Below, in pieces: positions 50,191 through 58,391 of a stretch of 64,000 bases of DNA. Position numbers and translations under genes: made by a program. The notes beneath the pieces were generated by a model. It searched no databases. It saw only the letters and a list, made by a program, of their open reading frames with translations, and was not told the DNA's origin. The DNA comes from a virus. Position 1 is the stretch's first letter, and each line of letters opens with the position of its first letter. The stretch spans positions 1-64,000 of IMG/VR virus record IMGVR_UViG_3300031957_001682, one strand, 5' to 3'.

Positions 50191-50646
50191 TCACTCGCCT
50201 TGATTATCTTCTCGCTCAACACCAGTACCAACATGTGGGTTCATACGACCGCCAAGTTTACCCAAGTCAACTTTTTTGTCATGCTTGTCACGCTTTGGTT
50301 TACCATCTTCATATTCAATGGTGTTGCCATTTGTGGTGTAGTAAGCGGTTTTGGTTTGCCCACCGGATTCGGTGACCAAGTGAGGGTTCACATCGGTGAT
50401 TTTTTCTTTTGGAAGTGGCTTTGGGTTTTTGATTGCGGCTTTTGCCATCTTTCCACCACAACCCATTTTCATGCAACCCATCTTGTTCATTTTAGAACCG
50501 CACTTAGGACAGTCTTTACACTTACAAGGTTTTTTTCCACAGTCACACTTGCCTTTTTCAAGAAGACCTAAACGATTGTTCATTTCTTCTGCTTTTTCAA
50601 GTATCTGCTTAACTTCATAACTTATTGCTTCAAATCTTGGCTTCAT
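50191..50646 (-). CDS. hypothetical protein with Cys/Lys-rich (metallothionein-like) segment
   Basis: KCDCGKKPCKCKDCPKCG..GCMKMGCGG; GAGGTG SD. Confidence 0.7.
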   Translation of the reverse strand: MKPRFEAISYEVKQILEKAEEMNNRLGLLEKGKCDCGKKPCKCKDCPKCGSKMNKMGCMKMGCGGKMAKAAIKNPKPLPKEKITDVNPHLVTESGGQTKTAYYTTNGNTIEYEDGKPKRDKHDKKVDLGKLGGRMNPHVGTGVEREDNQGE

Positions 50647-50648
50647 AC

Positions 50649-50984
50649 TTACACCTCGGTTTCTTTTGCTGATTGTGCCATTTCATGAATATCTTCCCAC
50701 GACATATTGTGGAACTCTTCATTTGTTTGCGGCACAGAAGAGTTTACACCTTTCATAATTGAATCATCATTCATGTCATTACGAAAAGCATCGCCAGTGA
50801 CATTTTCAGTAAATGGTGTTGTTGCTTTCACCATGCCCATTTTTTTCAACATAATAGTTGGATTGTTAATCATCTTACGAAGGCGCATGTTTTCTTGCTT
50901 GAGTGATTCAAGGTCGCTGTCCATGCTTTCCATCTTTGTAATTAAAACACCCATCAATCGTTCCGCATCCGATTGTTCAGTCAT
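50649..50984 (-). CDS. coiled-coil, scaffold-like protein
   Basis: C-terminus VPQTNEEFHNMSWEDIHEMA resembles the protease-scaffold C-terminus VPSTQDLGNMSWDEVHNLA; GAGGTGA SD. Confidence 0.7.
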   Translation of the reverse strand: MTEQSDAERLMGVLITKMESMDSDLESLKQENMRLRKMINNPTIMLKKMGMVKATTPFTENVTGDAFRNDMNDDSIMKGVNSSVPQTNEEFHNMSWEDIHEMAQSAKETEV

Positions 50985-50994
50985 TTAAATCACC

Positions 50995-51351
50995 TCATTG
51001 AGAGTGTCGGCCAAAGGTTCCGGTGACACGGGTATAGTTTGATGGTCGAACTCCGTTTGAAACAGTACCAGTAAGTCGTTGTCCTTGAAGGGATTGAGCC
51101 GAAGCAGGTCGATTATCGAACTTCATAACAGGTGCGCCACCAGCGTAAATATCGTTAGGACCAATAGTAAGACCACTTTCAGCCTTAGCAATAGCGGCAG
51201 ACAAATCTTCCGAAAGATAGTCTGCTACCTTACGCAATTCATTCAATTGTTGCTTTGCTAAGTTAGCATCACCATCTGTCAAAGCACTAATGAATGCTTT
51301 TTGATGTTGTTCCATCTTTCTTGCCATTGGGTCCATTTTGATTAAATCCAT
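50995..51351 (-). CDS. hypothetical head-region protein
   Basis: 118 aa, MDLIKM start, AGGTAGG SD-like site. Confidence 0.7.
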   Translation of the reverse strand: MDLIKMDPMARKMEQHQKAFISALTDGDANLAKQQLNELRKVADYLSEDLSAAIAKAESGLTIGPNDIYAGGAPVMKFDNRPASAQSLQGQRLTGTVSNGVRPSNYTRVTGTFGRHSQ

Positions 51352-51394
51352 GTTCAGCCCTACCTTATCCCATGTTGTTGCTCTTTAAGAGTCT

Positions 51395-53182
51395 TTATGC
51401 ACCTTTGAAATTTCTTGCATTCAAAAGAGCATTGCTATTCTGTTGCCCAATAGAGGGTTGTGGACCTCTTTGTTGCACACTTGTTATTGGAGAGCCACTA
51501 CCAGCCGATGTACGGCGTTGTGGAGCGGCTGGTCCTCGATTACGGATTCCCATACCTTGACCGCCGGGTTGTGGTGGCGGCATCGGCATACCACCCATTG
51601 GCATACCCGGAGGCATACCTCGCATCATTGGTGCGCCACCCATTGGCATACCCATTGGCATACCCGGTGGTGGCATTCCTCCACCCGGCATAGGTGGTGG
51701 CATTCCTCCACCCGGAGGTGCGCCACCCGGAGGTGCGCCACCCGGAGGTGCGGCAGGTTGTGGTGGAGGCTTACGATACACAAACCGAATATCGCTACTC
51801 GACTCTCCATCAACCAAGTCGGCTACAAAGCCAAGTTGAGTCATTCGCTGTGCTACATTGAGTTCTTGCTCATCACGGCGTAGTCGAGTAATTTCATCTT
51901 CTTCTTCGTTTGGATAAAGAGTGAGTTTCCAATCATGAACCCCCATTTCTTTCAGCATCTTAGGGAATAAAACATCAGTGTAAATTTTTTGTCCAAATTC
52001 AACAGCACGATTTGTGACAAGAATTTGCATACCTTCATTACTCAAGCCACCCGACTTACCGCTATCAACCATGAATACACTTGAAACACCAAAGTAAGCC
52101 GCAATACGATTACGAATTTCATCCCGAACTGCAATGTACTGCATTTCTTCAAGAGTGTCCATAAATTTAATCCAATTCACACCACCACGGCCAGTTTGAC
52201 TTTCAATACCGACCTTTGGAATATAATGCGGGTCACGCTCCATTTTTTCATCAACAGACTTCCAAAATGATTTCATTGACTCAAGGTTATCAGTCGTGAC
52301 TGAAATAATACCCTTTGGCATTCTTCGCTTTTGATAAGCAGTGTACATGTAGTTATCCATCGCTGTAAGTGTCATTGCTTGTCGCCACATTGTATTAACT
52401 GGTGAACGACCGTACAATTTAGATGGATTGTATTTACTCAAGTGAAGAACTTCACCTTCAATGAAATACTGTGTTTTACCACTACCAGCCATATTGACAT
52501 AGTGAACATCATGTAAGTCCATTCCGCATGTTTCACAGGTATCACTTTCGCTGTGTGTTTTTACTTGGTCCCTGTGTATTCTGCAAACTTTGTATCGCCC
52601 ACCACGGACACCACGCTTATCAGCAACAATACGCATAAAGATGGGGTCACCCCGAATCATTTCTTTAACACGGAAAAATGCAACTTCTTTTGATTCCGGG
52701 TCAATGTAGTATTCTTTTACCAAAATTAAGAATGCATCATCAACAATGTTTAGGTCGTTTTCAACTTCATTAAGAATGTGAATGAATGCTTGGTCCATGC
52801 TATTGTTTTGATTTAACAACCATTTGACATAGGTAATTTCATCATGGTCGGGGTCACGCACCGGACCCTCGCAAACATTACAAACTTGAACTTCGTGTTG
52901 GTATTCTTCACCACAGTCAGTGCATTTTTTATGAAAACGCTTTTCAAAATAGTGTCCTCTTCGGAACATTTCTTGTCGAATTTTTGAAAGAACCGTTCTT
53001 AAAATCAAACACTCGGTACTTACTGCATAAAGCGCAGGTATGGTAATACCCTGTGCCATGACTGGTTCTTGAATACCACTTGTCCAAAGTGGCATGGTTG
53101 GAGTTGGAGATTGCTTACGCTTGAATGGTTTTCCAAGCGCACCCAAAAATCGGCTTATTCTGCTATCGTCATCTGCCATCAA
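51395..53182 (-). CDS. portal protein with Zn-ribbon insertions and Pro/Gly/Met-rich tail
   Basis: DLNIVDDAF, EVLHL, YGRSPV, MPKGII, IAAYFGVS are HK97-like portal motifs; lies between terminase and protease. Confidence 0.88.
   Translation of the reverse strand: MMADDDSRISRFLGALGKPFKRKQSPTPTMPLWTSGIQEPVMAQGITIPALYAVSTECLILRTVLSKIRQEMFRRGHYFEKRFHKKCTDCGEEYQHEVQVCNVCEGPVRDPDHDEITYVKWLLNQNNSMDQAFIHILNEVENDLNIVDDAFLILVKEYYIDPESKEVAFFRVKEMIRGDPIFMRIVADKRGVRGGRYKVCRIHRDQVKTHSESDTCETCGMDLHDVHYVNMAGSGKTQYFIEGEVLHLSKYNPSKLYGRSPVNTMWRQAMTLTAMDNYMYTAYQKRRMPKGIISVTTDNLESMKSFWKSVDEKMERDPHYIPKVGIESQTGRGGVNWIKFMDTLEEMQYIAVRDEIRNRIAAYFGVSSVFMVDSGKSGGLSNEGMQILVTNRAVEFGQKIYTDVLFPKMLKEMGVHDWKLTLYPNEEEDEITRLRRDEQELNVAQRMTQLGFVADLVDGESSSDIRFVYRKPPPQPAAPPGGAPPGGAPPGGGMPPPMPGGGMPPPGMPMGMPMGGAPMMRGMPPGMPMGGMPMPPPQPGGQGMGIRNRGPAAPQRRTSAGSGSPITSVQQRGPQPSIGQQNSNALLNARNFKGA
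51708..51752 (-). repeat. 15-nt tandem repeat x3 (APPGG) in portal tail
   Basis: CCACCCGGAGGTGCG x3. Confidence 0.85.
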
Positions 53183-54477
53183 AGTCCCTCCGCATATCCA
53201 CCTATGGTATCAGCATCCAAGCCCCACTTAGTCAAGAGGTTGTCGGCCTTCTTTTTATCATCTTTCCAATTACTGAAAGTGACAAGTTTTTGTAATTCGT
53301 TTTTTCTCATTTTATCTTTAGAGTCAATAAAAGTCAAAACAGCCTTTGCTTGCAATGATTTCATTTTCAAGTGAGGTAAGATTCCTTTGAGTAATTGTCG
53401 TAAATCATCCTTTGATTGAAAAACCAATCTGTGAAGACTCCGATTACTGTTTTTATGAATTTTTTGATTCAAAACTAAGCGACCACAACCAAGGGCTTTG
53501 TGTAAGTTTTCACAGTGGTCTTTACCCCTTTCTCCTGTAGCAACAAATGTTGCTCTTGGCTCACCTCTTTCGCTAATAAAAATACTTCCATCAGCATCAA
53601 GAAAACCAGCCGCATACGCCCAAATATCCTTGATAATTAAACCATCAGTGCCCATTTTTAAAAATTGTCCACGAGTCGGTGAACGATAAATGTCGAGTTC
53701 TTCGCCGTACATTTTGATAAGCATACCAAGTTTACTGGGAGTAATGGACTTGTTTAAGACACCAACACCACGACGCACAATCTCACGGCTACTTAATTCA
53801 CCGCTTTTTTCTAATTGCGTCGAAGCAAACTCTAAAGTTGTTTTATCGTCTTTTGAAATAGAATCAATTTGATGCAAAGTTTTTCTCCACATCTTTTGAG
53901 CATCTTTACGCATTTGCATTGCGTCAACCCAATTTTCTTGTTCATCAGTACCCCAATCATCAAGTTCGTTTAGCATTGAAAGTACAGAAGTAGCCTTCAA
54001 AAACATTTGACATGCTTGTTGTAAACCGGTACTTCTTGACTCACCAAACTTTCGCAGTGATTTTAGTGAGCGGTCATTTATTCCCATGTATCGTATGGTG
54101 TCTTGCAAACCGTCACTCCAAGTTAAATTATTGATTGTTGCTTCAACTTCCATTGCTTTAATAGTTCTCACATCATCAATAATAGCATCAATCATATCTC
54201 GATTACTTTTGTCGTTTCTACGCATTTTTCGACACATACGAATAATTGAGTCGGCATCTTTACCGTATGTAGCCTCAAGCCACCCATCACCATTTTTTGG
54301 AAAACCGTATGATTTTATGTCTTCTTTGATAAACAAAGACGACTCCTTGACTACAGGGATTTGTTTATTGTAAAAATGTGGATGTTGTGCTAATGTGTTA
54401 AACACGCTTTTGGTGAAATCATCGCCATTAATTTGTGGAGTATCATACTCATCACCGACAATTGCACTACCCCACAT
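53179..54477 (-). CDS. protein with C-terminal single LAGLIDADG endonuclease domain
   Basis: YAAGFLDADGSI ... ILPHLKMKSLQA; ~280-aa unrelated N-terminal part. Confidence 0.8.
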   Translation of the reverse strand: MWGSAIVGDEYDTPQINGDDFTKSVFNTLAQHPHFYNKQIPVVKESSLFIKEDIKSYGFPKNGDGWLEATYGKDADSIIRMCRKMRRNDKSNRDMIDAIIDDVRTIKAMEVEATINNLTWSDGLQDTIRYMGINDRSLKSLRKFGESRSTGLQQACQMFLKATSVLSMLNELDDWGTDEQENWVDAMQMRKDAQKMWRKTLHQIDSISKDDKTTLEFASTQLEKSGELSSREIVRRGVGVLNKSITPSKLGMLIKMYGEELDIYRSPTRGQFLKMGTDGLIIKDIWAYAAGFLDADGSIFISERGEPRATFVATGERGKDHCENLHKALGCGRLVLNQKIHKNSNRSLHRLVFQSKDDLRQLLKGILPHLKMKSLQAKAVLTFIDSKDKMRKNELQKLVTFSNWKDDKKKADNLLTKWGLDADTIGGYAEGL

Positions 54478-54502
54478 ATTGGCTACCTCATTGTCCTATC
54501 AT

Positions 54503-55237
54503 TTAGAGATTCCTATGATGTTGAAACACAGGAATTTTAGTATCTCCATGACCCATTTGACGAAGGGCTTCCATACGATGACCACCTTCTTGCATTCCAG
54601 TGTAATTATTATTGTTAAAACTTAACTCCGGCATACCTATTGGCATCCCTGCTTTTATTCCCTCTATGATTCGAGCGATGTTTTCACGGCTTCCTCCTTG
54701 TGAGGTAAACTGGCGACCATCCCATCTGTATTCAGCATCTCTTCCCCCTACGGGTGGTTCATTGTGTTCTTCTGCACCTTGTCCTACAATGTCAAAATAA
54801 TCATTCGGTGTCATTTGAGTAATTTTATCATTTTTACCATAAGCATAAGGTTGACCACCAATCACGGGTTCGGAGAAATCCATATTGTAAGCCATTCGTA
54901 CACCCGGTATATCAGTATCAACAATAGGTGCTTTGACTAAGACGCTCTTGACAATTGTAGGTTTACCGCCTACGCCTTGTTTTTTTGCACGCTTGCGTTT
55001 GGTAGCGGCTTGCTTTTGACCCTCGGACATTGAGCCGCTGGTCTTAGGTGTTTTACTTGATACTTTGACGGAAGGACGACACTTTGGATAACCCTTGCTT
55101 GATTTACTTGCTTTAGAACGCCCACATGGTGGGTGCTTGCCGTCTTTGTCTTTGCGTGACACATCAACCCACTTTTCTTTGAACCAACGGTTCAAATCCT
55201 TAACGATGAGAACATCGTAGCAGGTACATCGAGTCAT
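54503..55237 (-). CDS. fusion of basic phage domain (LNRWFKEKWVDV..CGRS..YPKCRP) and ParB/Srx-like domain
   Basis: Junction TIVKS-VLVKA; C-terminal IGMPEL..EGGHRMEALRQMG..IPV is ParB-like. Confidence 0.65.
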   Translation of the reverse strand: MTRCTCYDVLIVKDLNRWFKEKWVDVSRKDKDGKHPPCGRSKASKSSKGYPKCRPSVKVSSKTPKTSGSMSEGQKQAATKRKRAKKQGVGGKPTIVKSVLVKAPIVDTDIPGVRMAYNMDFSEPVIGGQPYAYGKNDKITQMTPNDYFDIVGQGAEEHNEPPVGGRDAEYRWDGRQFTSQGGSRENIARIIEGIKAGMPIGMPELSFNNNNYTGMQEGGHRMEALRQMGHGDTKIPVFQHHRNL

Positions 55238-55402
55238 TCAAAGTACACCGACCATTTTCTTAATGTCTTTTTGCTTGTCAATAAGAGCGTAACAGGGACA
55301 CTTCGGAGAAGAAGCAGAACACTGCATAACACCTTTAATCATGCAAACACATGGTGTTTTTTCGGTTCCACCACAGCAACAAGATTTTCTTTTAAGTTTC
55401 AT
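55238..55402 (-). CDS. 54-aa Cys-rich microprotein (not in ORF track)
   Basis: Manual translation MKLKRKSCCCGGTEKTPCVCMIKGVMQCSASSPKCPCYALIDKQKDIKKMVGVL; overlaps upstream stop by 4 nt and abuts the next start. Confidence 0.7.
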   Translation of the reverse strand: MKLKRKSCCCGGTEKTPCVCMIKGVMQCSASSPKCPCYALIDKQKDIKKMVGVL

Positions 55403-55590
55403 TTTTTCTTCCCCTTCTTCTTACCTTTGAACTTACCTTTGCAATATTGAACAGCCCATCCATTTGCATAGGCTGATGGGTAAACATCGAACTTGCGCTT
55501 TGCCGCCGCTTTACCAGCGGGACACAGTTTCTTTTCTAATGCATCCCACGCTGTTGTCATTCCGACACAGTGACCGCAATAGCAACTCAT
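55399..55590 (-). CDS. small basic protein (AKRKFDVYPSAYANGW family) with Cys leader and AW tag
   Basis: MSCYCGHCVGMTTAWDALEK then the PSAYANGW domain common in marine viruses. Confidence 0.75.
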   Translation of the reverse strand: MSCYCGHCVGMTTAWDALEKKLCPAGKAAAKRKFDVYPSAYANGWAVQYCKGKFKGKKKGKKK

Positions 55591-55591
55591 A

Positions 55592-56068
55592 TCAATCACT
55601 TCTTTGCGTAAAAGGATTTGGTGGGTCACTAAAATCTAAGACTCTTTCTTTAGCATGTTGCGGAGGGGGTGCTTGTGGCATCGTACTTCGAGTCATCTGT
55701 CTTTGTTGAGCGAAAGATGCTGGATTGATTGTACCGCCGGGCGTTGAAGGTGTGGTAGGTACATCATCACCAAGTTCCGGTGATTTAGTTTCATTCTTTT
55801 CTGCATTAGGGTCATTTACATTTCCCATTTGCATACGGGCTTGTTGATGTTCTTCTCTCCCTGCTCGCATTCGTGCAATAGGAGTTGAAAATGGTTTACC
55901 TGTTTTATCAGTTTCTTTCATCTTCAAAAATTTCCAAGCGTCACCCATTGGGATTGCTTTCTTTTTGCTGTCCGGGTCTGCTGTTTTTTCCGGCGACTTA
56001 GGCGGCTTACCACCAAGTGCAATTACAACAACCATGCCTTTCTTTTTCTTTTTATCGTCTTCTTTCAT
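55592..56068 (-). CDS. hypothetical protein with internal AW..LK tag
   Basis: IPMGDAWKFLK; overlaps the terminase stop by 4 nt. Confidence 0.7.
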   Translation of the reverse strand: MKEDDKKKKKGMVVVIALGGKPPKSPEKTADPDSKKKAIPMGDAWKFLKMKETDKTGKPFSTPIARMRAGREEHQQARMQMGNVNDPNAEKNETKSPELGDDVPTTPSTPGGTINPASFAQQRQMTRSTMPQAPPPQHAKERVLDFSDPPNPFTQRSD

Positions 56069-57555
56069 GGTACTAACCATCCGTCGCCAGTTCCTTTATT
56101 TCGATGTGGCATACCACCGATGTACTCATCGAGTCCCGGTAGTATGTCATCGAGTAGTTGCACTGAACCTTTGAACTCTTTTGTTCCCCAGTTCGCTAAA
56201 GCAAGTGCCATTGCCAAGTCATCGTGAGTACCGACCGATTCAAGTCGCCCATTCTTTTGCATACCGAATCGGTTCAATTCTTCTTCTAATTTGTGAGTGA
56301 ATGTACGACTTCGCTCATCACCATACGGCAATTGAATGTGTCCTTGTTCAAAAGCCATAAGCAAAGACATGAACATACTTTCTTTGCGCTGGCGTGTTGT
56401 CATAAAAGTACGAATAGGAATATCGTTTCTCATGTCTTGAAGTTCAGCGGCAAACATTCGCTGGAAGTTGTTTCCTTCAAGTTCAATCAAATCCGGCTGG
56501 AAGCGATTGTTAAGAGTGAGAATGTGTTTTTTCTGTGCTAATCCACCAAGTCCTTTTTCGTGAACGATACCGACAATTTGCTTTATGTTTTCACCGGGTG
56601 GTGTACGAAGCACAAGCATGGCTGTGTAGTCAGCGTTCTTATCCGAAGCAATCGCTGTGTCCCATCCAATGAAGTGCTGTCCGAACACACCAGCGGGATT
56701 ACCTTCTTCGTCGTATTCGGTATCAGCCCTGTCAAGTAATACCAGTTCATTGTTGCGAGCCTCATTTAGAATTGTAGCAGGGAACATACTCGCAACATCG
56801 TGAATAGGTTCACACAAATACTCACGGCTGAATTGGATAGCGGGCATGGACATACGCCGTTGCTCAAGTGCCTCAAGATTCCACCGTTCCGGCCAAAGCG
56901 CATTACCTTCCCCATCAATAGCAGGGTATGTTTCGACACGGAATGTTTCTTTTTGCTCAAGTTCTGCGTACAAATCGTTGTACGAAAACGGTGTACCGAC
57001 CATCATCAAACGAGAAGAGTGGTGCAGAACAGGCAAAAGAACACCATAGAACCAGTCAGCGGCACGCTGTAGTTCTCCACCTGTAGTACCCCAAAGAATA
57101 TCGTCGCAAACGACCACATCGGGGTGGAAACCACGGGTAGCACCACCAACGGACTTAGCCATCAATCGGCTACCGTTAGTGAACTCAAAGTACGACTTAG
57201 CCCACGGTCGGCCACCTTCGGGCTTGAGGTGTCGAAGAATATCGGATGATTCAATGTTGTTGCGAATAAATCGCATGTGTTCAAGCGTCTGTTCAAGAGA
57301 GTGAGAAAAAATCATGATGTGTGTACCGGGTTTGAAAGCGGCAATCCAAAGAGCATAGGCCATGAACAAAGTGGATTTACCGTGGTCACGACTCGCTTTA
57401 ACACAGTAGTATCGGTGTTCGTTCAATCCTGTTTCCCAAGACTCGTGGTGATGACTGTAATGAAAGCCCAAAATTTCTGTAAAGAAATACTTGAATGACT
57501 TGGCCGACATTTTGCTATCCATCTCGTGGATAAACGCATTCATGTCCTCTCCCAT
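56065..57555 (-). CDS. terL: terminase large subunit
   Basis: Walker A ASRDHGKS, RGFHPDVVVCDD (Walker B), VGTP, LWPE, FSREYLC, nuclease GWD..D and HDDLAMA; GGTGA SD before ATG 57555. Confidence 0.93.
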   Translation of the reverse strand: MGEDMNAFIHEMDSKMSAKSFKYFFTEILGFHYSHHHESWETGLNEHRYYCVKASRDHGKSTLFMAYALWIAAFKPGTHIMIFSHSLEQTLEHMRFIRNNIESSDILRHLKPEGGRPWAKSYFEFTNGSRLMAKSVGGATRGFHPDVVVCDDILWGTTGGELQRAADWFYGVLLPVLHHSSRLMMVGTPFSYNDLYAELEQKETFRVETYPAIDGEGNALWPERWNLEALEQRRMSMPAIQFSREYLCEPIHDVASMFPATILNEARNNELVLLDRADTEYDEEGNPAGVFGQHFIGWDTAIASDKNADYTAMLVLRTPPGENIKQIVGIVHEKGLGGLAQKKHILTLNNRFQPDLIELEGNNFQRMFAAELQDMRNDIPIRTFMTTRQRKESMFMSLLMAFEQGHIQLPYGDERSRTFTHKLEEELNRFGMQKNGRLESVGTHDDLAMALALANWGTKEFKGSVQLLDDILPGLDEYIGGMPHRNKGTGDGWLVP

Positions 57556-57559
57556 TGTA

Positions 57560-58390
57560 TCACCGTGTCTTAATATACATGAAAGCGGCGAGTTCACCAA
57601 TTTCATTTGGTGTCATTTTGTAAAGATTATCGGGTCCGAGTAAGTCGAATAACATTCCATTAAACGCTTTGGTGGGCATCAATACAGGTCTTGGTTGTCC
57701 GGTCACGGGGTCTATGGATGCTTGATACTGCGCCATCCCCGATGGATTCATTTGTTGTTGAACGGTACTTGCCATATTTGACTGATTCAATACATTGGGA
57801 GGTAGTGGTGGATTCATTTGTTGTTCAACGGTACTTGCCATATCTTGCTGATTCAATACATTGGGAGGTAATGGCACAGCAGGTGCGGCAGTTGCGGCAG
57901 GTTGGGGTAATGCAGGTATGGGTGCGGCAGGTGCAGATGCTACAGGTGCAGGTACGGATGGTGAAGTTGATACATTTACAAGACCAGTGGATGAAGGTAA
58001 TGGTACTCCACCTTCATTTGCCGCCATACCCGGAGCGGGTAATGGGATAGAATTGGGTTTAACCCCGACATGAGAATTTCCTTCAATTTGTCTTGCTGTG
58101 AATGCCCCTGTTGGGTCAAGTCCTTGATAGGTGTACCCTGCTCCAAGTGGAGCGGCTATGTTGCCACCTTGCATTGCATCAGCGGTGCTTAAAGCAGTAG
58201 CCCCTAAAGCCGCACCTTTACCAGCAAGTCCAGCAAGTCCAACCAATCGACCTGTTCTGCTAACTTTGGAACCGGGTTTTGTACCACGACCACGAACCGC
58301 ATTGAACAAATCCATTGCCGAAGGACTACCTTGACCCACTGTTTGAAATTGAGTCACATCTGCTTTTACCAAAACTTTGTTGCTCACCAT
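57560..58390 (-). CDS. low-complexity Pro/Ala/Gln-rich protein with Gly-rich hydrophobic segment
   Basis: KVLVKAD start; LVGLAGLAGKGAALGATAL; internal 22-aa duplication. Confidence 0.7.
   Translation of the reverse strand: MVSNKVLVKADVTQFQTVGQGSPSAMDLFNAVRGRGTKPGSKVSRTGRLVGLAGLAGKGAALGATALSTADAMQGGNIAAPLGAGYTYQGLDPTGAFTARQIEGNSHVGVKPNSIPLPAPGMAANEGGVPLPSSTGLVNVSTSPSVPAPVASAPAAPIPALPQPAATAAPAVPLPPNVLNQQDMASTVEQQMNPPLPPNVLNQSNMASTVQQQMNPSGMAQYQASIDPVTGQPRPVLMPTKAFNGMLFDLLGPDNLYKMTPNEIGELAAFMYIKTR
57743..57874 (-). repeat. 66-nt tandem duplication (PLPPNVLNQ..MASTV.QQMNP)
   Basis: Two near-identical 66-nt units. Confidence 0.85.
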
Positions 58391-58391
58391 A

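Noticed and set aside
51600-51760. Short tandem repeats as a CRISPR-like mini-array
   Set aside because: Units are multiples of three, have no unique spacers and encode the portal's low-complexity tail
53179-54477. LAGLIDADG domain as part of an intein or intron
   Set aside because: No intein N-terminal C/S block or HN-C/S/T end; portal and terminase ORFs are uninterrupted
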